Part shown: piece by piece, positions 1 through 11,749 of the stretch
Numbering within the stretch: position 1 is the stretch's first letter
Layout: each line of letters opens with the position of its first letter
Source: Chrysomallon squamiferum
Lineage: Eukaryota; Animalia; Mollusca
Length of the DNA: 64,000 bases
Assembly (NCBI GenBank): GCA_012295275.1
Contig: CM022677.1
Span: 1,364,001-1,428,000 of the forward strand
Direction: 5' to 3'
Position numbers and translations under genes: made by a program
The notes under the pieces: generated by a model
Told to the model about the DNA's origin: nothing
What the model saw: only the letters and a program-made list of their open reading frames with translations
The model's database searches: none

Positions 1-1030
1 TTTTAATTTTCAGGCACTACCGGACAATTCGCCAGTTGCCTCATTTATTCACGAATAACCTACCCATTTACGATTGACCACGTTCTCTTTGAATATTAAA
101 AATTATTTTATGTACAGTAAGCTGTTACTGCTTGTTTTATGATATAATATATATTCGTGCATGTCTGTATTGTTGTTGTCATTTGTATTTAGTGTTTACT
201 GTTTCGAATGAATATAACGAAAAATTAAAATTAAAATTAAAATTAAAAAAATAAATAGATGGGCAAATTGTTTTCACTGAAACCATAAATTTGTAAAAAT
301 GTGTGGCAGACATTAAATTTTGTCTTAATTGAAAATAACGACGATTACGATTTAAATTATAAAATGATCAGACATGTTGTTGTTGCGGTTAGTCAGAAAA
401 CATCTTTACGAATGGAAGATTGAGCCCACTCCACAATGTGCCTAGTACCGTGCGTCGGTACCGTGAACTCAGTCTTCCATGTTTTTTTTTCACTGCAACA
501 CAACTAACTCATTTATTAAACGTTTTGGACAAAAAAAACAACAACTTTTTGGCAGAACCAAGTTCAAACTAAATTCCGTATAGAATGATTTTTGGAATCA
601 AGCACACAAACGTGGCGGCAACTTTGCATCGAATTTAGAGATTATTTTTCTCTGGTAATTTCGACGAGTACACGAAACGAGAATTATTAGAGGGAGATAA
701 GCCGAGTAAGGAAATGAAGGCGGTGACAGTGGACGGATGAAACCCGATGTCTTTTTTCCTTTTCTCTCGTCATATATATATATATATATATTATATTTAT
801 TTTTCTTTTTTTATTTTTTTTTTTTTTTTTTTTTTTTTTATTTATTTTTTTGCAGTGACCGTGTTGTGTATGTTTGATTGTGTGTGTACGTATGTTGTTT
901 CAGCTCGCGCCTGTGTGTGTGTGCGTGTGCGTGTGAGCGCGTGCCGGTTTGAAAAAGGTATCTTCCAACGTAAAATTGAATTGCGAGATCACGACGGCGC
1001 GATAATTAATGTATTTTCATTTCGATTTTA

Positions 1031-1093
<63 letters not shown>

Positions 1094-2043
1094 GCCATCG
1101 TTATCGTTGTCGTTATTCAGCGCACGCAATAAGAAGAACGAAGATAAATAGACGTCGGTTCGTCTTTTTTTTTTTTTTTTTTTCTTTCTTTCTTTTAAAT
1201 TTTCAGTCACTGCCCGACAATTCTGCAGTTGCCTCATCTATTGACGAATAACCTACCCATTTACAATTGACCAGGTTCACTTTGAACATTAAATATTATT
1301 AAATTCTGTCTTAATTGAAAATAACGACGATTACGATTTAATTTATGAAATGATCAGACACGTTGTTGTTGTTGTTGCAGCAGTTAGTCAGAAAACATCT
1401 TTACGAATGGAAGATTGAACCCACTCCACAGACGGCAGTGTATGTTTGATTGTGTGCGTCGGTACCGGGGACTCAGTCTTCCATGCGTATTTTTCACCGC
1501 AGCAAAACTAACTCATTTATTAAACGTTTTGGACAAAAAAACACAACAACTTTTTGGCAGAACCAAGTTCAAACTAATTCCGTATAGAATGATTTTTGGA
1601 ATCAAGCACACAAACGTGGCGGCAACTTTGCATCGAATTTAGAGATTATTTTTCTCTGGTAATTTCGACGAGTACACGAAACGAGAATTATTAGAGGGAG
1701 ATAAGCCGAGTAAGGAAATGAAGGCGGTGACAGTGGACGGATGAAACCCGATGTCTTTTTTCCTTTTCTCTCGTCATACATATATATATATATTTTTCTT
1801 TATTTATTCTTATTTTAATTTTTTTTTTTTTTTTTTATTTATTTTTTTGCAGTGACCGTGTTGTGTATGTTTGATTGTGTGTGTACGTATGTTGTTTCAG
1901 CTCGCGCCTGTGCGTGTGTGTGTGCGTGTGCGTGTGTGCGCGTGCCGGTTTGAAAAAGGTATCTTCCAACGTAAAATTGAATTGCGAGATCACGACGGCG
2001 CGATAATTAATGTATTTTCATTTCGATTTTAACATCATCATCA

Positions 2044-2111
<68 letters not shown>

Positions 2112-2412
2112 GCCATCGTTATCGTTGTCGTTATTCAGCGCACGCAATAAGAAGAACGAAGATAAATAGACGTCGGTTCGTCTTTTTTTTTTTCTTTTCT
2201 TTTCTTTCTTTCTTTTAAATTTTCAGTCACTGCCCGACAATTCTGCAGTTGCCTCATCTATTGACGAATAACCTACCCATTTACAATTGACCAGGTTGAC
2301 TTTGAACATTAAATATTATTACATTCTGTCTTACTTGAAAATAACGACGATTACGATTTAATTTATGAAATGATCAGACACGTTGTTGTTGTTGTTGCAG
2401 CAGTTAGTCAGA
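1..2412. repeat. Tandem array of about 1.0-kb units (about 2.4 copies visible, truncated by the window start and a gap)
   Basis: Marker aaataacgacgattacgattt recurs at about 333, 1319 and 2339; gagggagataagccgagtaaggaaatgaagg at about 690 and 1694. Copies are near-identical except in internal (ATT)n, (T)n and (TG)n tracts. Confidence 0.9.
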
Positions 2413-2612
2413 NNNNNNNNNNNNNNNNNNNNNNNNNNNNNNNNNNNNNNNNNNNNNNNNNNNNNNNNNNNNNNNNNNNNNNNNNNNNNNNNNNNNNNNN
2501 NNNNNNNNNNNNNNNNNNNNNNNNNNNNNNNNNNNNNNNNNNNNNNNNNNNNNNNNNNNNNNNNNNNNNNNNNNNNNNNNNNNNNNNNNNNNNNNNNNNN
2601 NNNNNNNNNNNN
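2413..2612. other. Assembly gap (200 N)
   Basis: Run of N. Confidence 0.99.
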
Positions 2613-3490
2613 AAGAATATGAAGATTTTTGTTAAAGATTAAAATGATAAAAGAAACAAAGTATGCTAATAAAACATAAAGTGGAAGATGATACGTTGTT
2701 TGTAAGTTATATTATTAAGAAATTTTCTTAATGAATAATTTGCAGATCACATTATCTGTCAGGTTGTTTCTTAATATTTAAATTGTTTTCTAACCAAATG
2801 CTTTCATATTGTTATTTTATTTTGTTAATATACTTTTATTAACACAACATAAATCTTGGTATGTTTGTGTTTTATAGCACTCTCAGCTCTGCAAAGGCTT
2901 ATCAAACATTTTATACCATTTTATTTTTATCTCCAAATTTCTAATTTAGGATTACTGTGTTTTCTGTTGTTTACTACACATTTTTTGCTAGCATTTTCAT
3001 CAGCTTGGGAAACAATTTCATCAGAGTGAGGAATATTTTTATCTACATAGTTTTGAAATAACAGTAGAAGTAATAAATGCAAATGTGGAGATAATGATAC
3101 AAATAATAGTTACACCGACAGACAGATATAAGCATGTTTTAATATTATGACTGAGTTAGGAAAACAGGTCTGGACTGATTTCAGTATTCTATACCTGGTT
3201 TATGTTTAACAAAGATCCTTTTTATGGATTTCCCTGCAAATGTACACGTAGATATTAATATTAATTTGCCATTTTGAAAACAAATGTATATCATTAAGAT
3301 TCTTTTATAATATATAAATCAGTTAACCTCTGTCAGTTTATTCATATCTATCTCTGTTTATTCATATCTGTCTGTCTATCTGTATGTTTGTCTGTCTGTT
3401 TGTTTATGCATATCTGTATATTTATCTGTTTATTCATATGTGTCTGTCTGTCTGTTTATTCATATCAGTCTGTCTGTCTGTCTGTCTGAC
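2613..3490 (+). repeat. Duplicated segment X, copy 1
   Basis: tttatagcactctcagctctgcaaaggcttat...aataatagttacaccgacaga...ttctatacctggttt matches about 33030-33545 and 61294-62025, and more loosely 57700-58265. Confidence 0.85.
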
Positions 3491-3935
3491 TCTATGCTAC
3501 AGTCAATCTGTGGAACCAGTCTTTACACATATTACACAAAATAACTAAAGTGATTCAAGTCGTATTGCTGACAGTTGTTATACAGAGGTTTTTTGTGTTT
3601 TTTTTATTTATTTGGAGTTCCTATGATGGGTAATTATATTAAAAAATGTATGATAGATGGTTATAAATATTTATTTCTCTACAAATGTACACATACATAT
3701 TAATATTAATTTGTCATTTTAAAAATATATATATGTTTTTATTAATTTTCATTTTTAATGATAAAGTGGAAGGGAAGAATGAATAAAAAATTCAGTATTT
3801 AGCTGTTATTACAGACATTTCACCAAATGTCAGTCTTGTCTGAGAATCAACTCAGGGCAGCAGATCGTATTTTTTACAAAATGACAATGAAGGATATATA
3901 TATATATATACACACACATATATATACATACATAC

Positions 3936-4014
<79 letters not shown>

Positions 4015-4052
4015 CATATATATATATATAAACATACATACATATATATATG

Positions 4053-4085
<33 letters not shown>

Positions 4086-4629
4086 TGAAAATCGTTCATT
4101 AGAGAGACAGAGACATCTAAGACATTATCTTTCCAAATAATTTTCTCTCAGTTAAATTAAACACTAATAAAAAGGCAGGATAAGGACTGGTTAAGGAAAG
4201 CTTGCAAATAAAGTTATTATAGTTCTTAATTTCAGTACTCTTTTTATTATATAGGCAAAGGGAACTTCTTAATTTTAATTCAATAAATGTGTATGAAAAC
4301 ATATACTGTATACTATTTTTACAACTTAAGTTAGTGTTACATTTAAAATTTAAAAAATCATAATTTCATATTTATTTATCTGTTTCTAGAAAAGGTATGA
4401 TATCAGTTCACACTGAATTTATTCTTTCGATCCCGTCTTTTTTTATGGGTAAACCAACGCAACACGTGGCAAACATAGTCTGCATTTTCATTAGAACTGA
4501 CTCACATGGCTGATCAATGGTGAATTACATATTTTCATGGGACCACGCCAGGCTTAAATAAATAAATAAATAAATTAATTAATTAATTAATTAATCCTTA
4601 CAACGTGATATGATTCATGAGATAATTTC

Positions 4630-5227
4630 AGTTACGTAATACTCTTTATATAAAATAAAAATGTACACACACAACACACACACACGCTTTAGTAGTTATA
4701 GTAAGCAAATAAACTACCAATATATGTAAATAAGTAATTTTCTCTTTAACCATCCATAATACTGTTCTCACGGAGAAAAAAGCCGATGACGGACTCTTAA
4801 AGTTAATTTGTAAATTTTAGAGTAAAGATATTTAGCTGTGCGAGTTTTGTGTAACAAAGTTTTAAAATGTGTCAGCCTGGGCTGGCTTCTCTCGCTCTTT
4901 TCACTGACGTCTGCGGGAATCTAACATATGACGTCAGCAAGGAAAGCTCGAGTCTGAGGAAGAATAAGCGACAAGCGGATGTTCTGCACGGCCCAGCGTT
5001 TCCTTTTGATGAAGAAGGAGGTCACTGGCGAGGACCTTTAAACTTCTTTTTCTGTTAAATTAATAAACTTAAAGCGTTATTTGTTTATTTATCTAGTGGA
5101 TAAGTGTAGTATTATGCCAACATGATAATTAGCTTTAATTTACTGGTCCCTGTGATAGAGTTCTAAACAGGTCCTAGTCGGTGACAACAACAGTAACAAC
5201 AACAAAAACAACAACAACAACAACAAC

Positions 5228-5266
<39 letters not shown>

Positions 5267-5274
5267 TATTATTA

Positions 5275-5334
<60 letters not shown>

Positions 5335-6020
5335 AACATTACAGTAATAACCACAACGAAGACAAAAAGTTATTATTATAAAGTTTACAAAATCTGATCT
5401 TCTGTTTGGATTGTGTTTTTTGTGCAACTTACATTTTGTTAACTGCTGAATTAACATACAACAACATATCTCTGATTCAATTTAGTCTTCACAGGACGAC
5501 TAAATTGTAAGGTATATTTTCTTCTTCTTTTATTATCATTTTTTAAATTTGATATTTAAATTATATTAAATGAGGCAATTATGTCGTTGCACTGTACCCA
5601 GTATAACAGTCAATTCCCAGCCTTTCAGAATTAAATTAAACCGGATTTATTTATGATGACGAAGCATTTTATCTGTGTCAGTCACGCGGTCTTTCTGAAT
5701 CAGGCGATCAGCTGACTGTTGTCGTTCTGCCAGAAGAGGAAAATGTTTCTTATCAGTATCAGGTCCGTACCTGCGTTAAATTATAGAGGCGGTGCGCTAC
5801 TATTGTGTGTGTGTTTGTGTGTACTGTGTGTGTGTGTGTGTACATACATCTCTAATTCTTAATTTTTATAATGAAATGACATGTTTGATAATAATCATAA
5901 ACATAGTTGTCGATCTTAACTGCATAAACATCATCTGCTAATATGTGTTTCTGTATTATCTTCCGACATTTATATAATTTTAAAAAGATAAAAATATTGT
6001 AGTAGAACAACATCTACTCT

Positions 6021-6059
<39 letters not shown>

Positions 6060-6371
6060 AACCACTACTACTATTACTACTATTATCATTATCACCAAAT
6101 GTATGATATTACTACTACTAATAATATATCTGTTAATTACTGTTGTTATTTTATTTTATTACATTTAGATGTTTAGTTTTCTACTTTTGGTCTGGACCTG
6201 AATTAATTTTCTGACACACTTGTAACTGCCTGTATTCAAAACGTGACTAATCAGGGTCAAGTGTGTTTAGCATCGACAAACAAATAGAATGTAAACTGCT
6301 TTTCAACTGAATTTTTTTTTCATGCTCTATCATCCAGTACGTCTTTCAGTTTAAGACAGGATTTATTTATC

Positions 6372-6430
<59 letters not shown>

Positions 6431-6513
6431 TGTGTTTGTGTGCGTCGAGTATTTTATTCGTAGCGGTTAATGATATCTAACAAAGACCCGATTCCAGAAA
6501 GTTTATTACTCAG

Positions 6514-6556
<43 letters not shown>

Positions 6557-7460
6557 CAACAACAACAACAACAAGAACACCAATAATAATAATAATAATA
6601 ATGAATGAATGAATAAATAATAGCTTTTACTCACTGAGATCTCTCTGTCTCTCTCTCTCACACACAGTCACACACGCACACACAACACACACACATTCAC
6701 ACACGTCTATGTAAAAATGTTTCTTACTTTCTTTGTTTCTTTTTCATAGATGAAAAGGGTCTCTGTATATTTTACTATTTTTACGTTAGTGTTTGAATAG
6801 ACTGAGCGGTCAGTAAATATTTTATTTTTTATATTATCATTTGTTAGATTGCAAGAAAGTATCATTTCATAAATTACATTCACAAATGTTGACATTTGTA
6901 CTTACTGTCGATTATTAGATTTGAAAAAAAGAGGATTAAATTCATATCATAATACGTTAGATGGCGAAAGTCGTTTAACACTGCCATAAAATATGAAGAA
7001 ACGTGACAGAGTAGGTGTAGGTTTTGTGCTGTATTTGTTTAATTGTAATGTACTTTATTTCTTTATCTAAAAAAAAAAAAAACGATCATCTCTTCATGAT
7101 CCTTTTGTGTGGAATGTGTTCTTTATAGTACTCTTGAATAAATCTTTTATGTATATATATTAACAGTACGAAACGAAGGCATCTAATATACACAGGGAAC
7201 TACTATTATTATTACCCTTATTTTTATTATTATTATGCCTACGTGACTAAAAGCACAAGTTATGTATTTGCCCTGCTTATTTTTCATTATTTATATATCT
7301 TGTTAAAAGGATCGACAATCGCCTGTGTAACTATACAAGTTTAAAAATGATGACATTAAAAACATTATATTTCTCTGATCTACAACAAACCTGTAGAGCG
7401 CGCTTCACTTATGACACGAAGAACAAAATTGTGACGGTTTTATTCAGCGACGCAGTTCTC
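4630..7460 (+). repeat. Duplicated non-coding module M, copy A
   Basis: Shares ordered blocks (cgtaatactctttatataaaat; aattaataaacttaa; cacaggacgactaaattgtaagg; gatatctaacaaagacccgattc; atgaagaaacgtgacag; cttcactttatgac) with 34560-37470, 39945-42490, 42560-45505 and 63030-64000. Confidence 0.8.
4868..5043 (+). promoter_or_regulatory. GC-richer conserved element with paired CRE-like sites (copy 1); candidate promoter or first non-coding exon
   Basis: TGACGTCT at 4905-4912 and TGACGTCA at 4929-4936 flank GGGAATCT. The element is strongly conserved at 34881-35055 and 63321-63495. Function is inferred. Confidence 0.4.
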
Positions 7461-8107
7461 ATATATTTATTTATTTATTTGGTTATTTATTTTAAATAGA
7501 ATAAAATGAAACATATATAATAAAGGAATATATAATATTATTATTATTTTATTACTACTGTGCGGAGGTGACTAAAATCATACTTTCACGTTATAAATAT
7601 TTCTGTTTTCAATTCCTATAATTTACTTATGTCTTTAACGAAATTCAATATTCAAATTTAAAGCAGATAATATTTTGGCGGTTAAATATATTACCTTTCT
7701 CCGTCCTTTTGCAAATCATTTGTTGTGTCCATTAATACTACAGGTGTGATAAACTGTAAACAGAGCTTTAAAAATTAATGAACTGCACTTACTATGCTAA
7801 TGTAGTTATTACTGTTACTGCTATTTACTTTAGCACAAAAATATAAAACATTCAAAATTATTTTTTTCTCAGAAGAAACAAAAATGCTTCAACCCCTTCC
7901 TTTTTTCAGTTGGTATCTTCCTCCCACTTAGTGTCGTCTGTCAAAACCCGCTTTTCCGCGCTCAAATCTGTAATAGCAAAACAGGCATTGCAGACGAATA
8001 AGAGGAAATATTTTTGCATCTGTTATATTTCTCGTTTCTTAAGACAAATGTATGAACACTTATTATTTATATATTTATTTATTTACAAAAATATTTATTT
8101 ATTTATT

Positions 8108-8140
<33 letters not shown>

Positions 8141-9049
8141 GTTGTTGTTGTTTTTGTTGTTATTATTATTTGTTGTTGTTGTTTTGTTGTTGCTGTAAGA
8201 TATTTCAAAATAAAATTTAGTAATTAAGGTTGTGTTCTTAGTAAAATGTCTGTATATATTTTGTGTGTGTTTTAATAATTGTTAGAGTGGAGGGTGTAGC
8301 TCACTCGTCAGAGGAAAGTAGTGTCTGGCGATGGGTTGTCGCAGTTATCCTTGTCAAAGTGAGTTCCACGATTACTTTATCACAGGCCGTACGTGGTTGT
8401 AATTATCAAAAAGAGACTATCTGTCAAATTACTGGACACAGTTTCTTTTCTTCTATTAAATGTAAGTCCTTAAACATAATAAATGAAGCCGTTTAACAGC
8501 AGATTACAAATGTGTTAATTTCTCATTCAGTTGCAATTTCATTTGTTGATTATGAGATTTTTGAAACGTGACTTTATAATTATCATTAGTAAATTCATTA
8601 CTTCGCTGAAGGTCATGTTTCTTTTTTGTTCACTTATGAGTTGAATCATGAATAGCGGTTTGAGAAATAACCTTGCAGCAGTCATAGAGTTTATTACAGC
8701 TGACTTCAGTTACTGTATTAGTTCTATCTCCCACCAGTTTACAGTAGAATTGTCGTTTTCCTTCTCAAATAAAGCGTCACGTCACAAGGTTAAATTTAGC
8801 AAGTTCGTAATGCAGTTAAAGAGAGTTTATTTTTATTTTATTTTATAAATAAAACAAAATAGATAAATAAACAAATAAACAGTTTGCAGAGAATATTTAT
8901 AATATGATAGTGCTATGTTTGCAAGTTTGTATATATATCATTTCATTTACTTATTTGTATATACAGTTGTGTTACGAACTAAATGGAATTAATGTGTACT
9001 TTTTAGTGCAGTCAATTGTTTTCAATTGCTGTTCTTGATTTTCTCTAAA

Positions 9050-9119
<70 letters not shown>

Positions 9120-9124
9120 CAGAT

Positions 9125-9410
9125 ATGGCAACACCTTCAATCTCCGATGATAATCTTTCGTGCTGTTTATGTATGGACATTTTCGATAAGCCTCGAGTTT
9201 TAAACTGTGGACATTCGTTTTGCTCCAAATGCCTGCAGAACTATATAAGTCACACTTACGATAACAACGACACACAAATCGCCTGCCCGTTCTGCAGGCA
9301 GCATGTTCACATCTCAGACAGCACGAAACCAGTGTATACGTGGGCAGATCAATTCCCTATAAACAAGTCACTACAGGACGCCATTAATGATCGGCTACAC
9401 TCAAAGTTTT
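9125..9410 (+). CDS. TRIM-like RING-CC-NHL E3 ubiquitin ligase, coding exon 1 (C3HC4 RING finger)
   Basis: Acceptor cag at 9120-9122 and ATG at 9125. Translation MATPSISDDNLSCCLCMDIFDKPRVLNCGHSFCSKCL...CPFCRQ is a TRIM-type RING. Donor GTGAGT at 9411, phase 1. Confidence 0.9.
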
Positions 9411-9804
9411 GTGAGTCACAGTGTTGTGTTCAGATTCATTACAATAATAACAAGCAATTAAACAAAGAGACAGCGATCATTTAACTAAAATATATTTTCC
9501 TGTTGCTTGAACCATAGCAGCAGGCTCATAAAGAAAGGAACGTTATTTTGTTCATAAAAACAGATTTATATTCAGATTCTTAAATTAGTTGATAAAATAT
9601 ATTCTAAAATTCTTCATATTGTTACCCATATCTTTATCAAAATTATTAGTACAATTTGAATTCTTCTTCTTCTTGTTCTCCTTATTATTATTATTACTGT
9701 TGTTATTATTATTATTGTTACTATTATTAGTATTATTATTATTATTATTATCTAATATATTAATTGTTTATTTATTTATTTGTTTATTTATTTATTTATT
9801 TCAG

Positions 9805-11231
9805 CTAAAAAGAGAGGTCACTTTTCAATTCTGAGTTCTGTTTGTGAGAGTCTCAAATCCTACAAAGAAATTCTTCAGACAGAGATGGATGATAAGATTA
9901 AAGAACTTCGCGAAGCCGTCAACATCAACGTCGTGGAGTCTACAGAGGATGTGAGAAGGATTGGTAACACACTAATCACAGACTTTACCGCTGCAGTCCA
10001 AAAAGAACAAGAGATGTTAATAGGAGAAATAGAAACATCTCAGAACTTTGTAAACTCAGAAATAGATAAACTCTTTACTGAACATAAATATCTGATTGAG
10101 GAAAATGACAAAATGATCAAACTAGGTCGAGATTTGTTACAAAGAAAATCTGAGTCAGATATAAAAATAAATATTTCAAAATTCACCAAACTTCAAAACA
10201 CAACTTTCGAGTTCCTGTCCAAATCTCGTTCACAAATAGGAAAAGCAGAAATAAAAATAAATGTCATAAAATCTGATAAGAAAAATATGTCTGTGCACAT
10301 CGGAGAAATAACGACAAACATCCAAACAGACACAAATATAGACATAGTGACAGACACACTCAAACACACAGACACCATTGAAACAGAAACACCACACACA
10401 GACACAGAGATAAACAAACCGACAAAATCCCTGAAACACACAGACACCATTAACACAAAAACACAAGAAGATAAAAATGATCCGTGTCTGTATTCCATTC
10501 TGGTGTCAGGTGAGGACAAAAGTAAAATTGTTGTTAGTGATTTGGACAATGACTGTGTAAAATGTTTTTGTTTAGAACGAAAATCACTGATAAACAGATA
10601 CGAAACTTCGTGTCCACCATGGGGTCTTGCTGAATCACGTGATCAGTGGGGTGATGTTGTTGTTGTTGCTCTACCAGATGAATATAAAATATTGTTTTTA
10701 AATTTGAAATACTTCGAACTGATCAAGACAGTTGAAACTAATACAAAATATGAGTTTATTGCTGTGTTACCTGGCAACCGTCTCGCACTCACTGGGGGGT
10801 ATATTGGTCGGTACTTGGACATACTGACGGACACTGGTCAGCTCATTAATTCTCTCTCAACAGATTTGATCCCCGGACCGTACAGTCTCACAGTTCACGA
10901 TCAATGTCTGATTGTTGTTTCAAAGAGAAAAACTGAAAACAAAGTATTTTGTGTGACGTCATCTGGTGACGTCAAATGGGAGTCACGTGATTCAGCCAGA
11001 CTGAGTGGATTGACAGGTGTTACATCTGATAGGGAGGGAAATATTTTTGTTTGTCATTTTCACAGAAATTCTGTTGTTCAGTTGTCACGAGATGGTAACA
11101 TTACACGTGACATCCTCACTGACCAGGATGGACTGTCCAAACCTCGGTCTGTCTGTTGTGATGACAACAAACTTTACGTGGGACAGCGATTCACTGGAGA
11201 AATAAAAATATTTACATGGTGTAGAAATTAA
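9805..11231 (+). CDS. TRIM-like E3 ligase, coding exon 2 (coiled coil, T/D-rich linker, NHL/six-bladed beta-propeller); spliced protein about 570 aa
   Basis: Acceptor tttcag ends at 9804 with phase 1, matching exon 1 (T|CT = Ser). ORF is uninterrupted to TAA at 11231. NHL-like motifs: IVVSDLDNDCVKCF, PWGLA, GVTSDREGNIFVC, GLSKPRSVCCD..LYVGQ. Confidence 0.9.
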
Positions 11232-11749
11232 ACTTCAAACAGTCTCCTAAGTTTGCTTCACTTTAACTGCTTTGAAGTTGACAGACATTTCTTTTCTTTA
11301 CACGAACTGATAAATAAACAGAATTCAGTTATTTATTGTAAAGTAATAACTTTAGTTAATTTGTTTACTTTTCGTTATTAAATTAAACTAATTTATTTAT
11401 TTATTATTCTTAGTGAATGTTTCGTTGAAAATACAGGAGTTATAACATATGTTGTAAAGTAATTAGTTAGTTTATTTATTTATGTTAATAATGTATTATT
11501 ATTAGTAGTAGCAGTAGTTGTTGTTGTTGTTTTCCATACAAATATTTATTATTTTTAATTAATGGCACGTTTAAACTTGCTTAATTACATAATAAATTTC
11601 AAAATAAAAACTTACTTACTTTCAAAAATTTACATTCGTGCGGTTGTTTCTCCGAATTTTTTTTTAGTGAGTGTGTGTCTGTGTGTGTGTGTTTCTGTGT
11701 GTGTGTATGTCTGTGTGTGTCTGTGTGTGTGTTTCTGTGTGCACTTGCC

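Noticed and set aside
651-690. tcgacga-gtacac-gaaac in the 1-kb repeat resembling a hammerhead ribozyme core
   Set aside because: The core is TCGACGA rather than CTGANGA, and no stem I/III with a correctly placed UH cleavage site can be drawn.
747-1251. Poly-L/Y/N ORFs here and the many similar ORFs across the window
   Set aside because: Translations of (ATT)n, (TG)n, (AG)n and (AT)n microsatellites.
3499-4310. TA-CAGT...ACTG-TA bounded stretch as a Tc1/mariner MITE
   Set aside because: Only 4 bp of inverted match beyond TA; insufficient support.
4867-5058. 63-aa ORF over the CRE-pair element
   Set aside because: The ATG context differs in copy 3, the reading frame is not clearly preserved across copies, and no domain is recognised.
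8283-8364. Possible 5' UTR exon of the TRIM-like gene ending at GTGAGT (8359)
   Set aside because: Plausible but supported only by a donor motif; needs transcript data.
10193-10834. Minus-strand ORFs overlapping the TRIM-like exon
   Set aside because: Antisense shadows of a real CDS.
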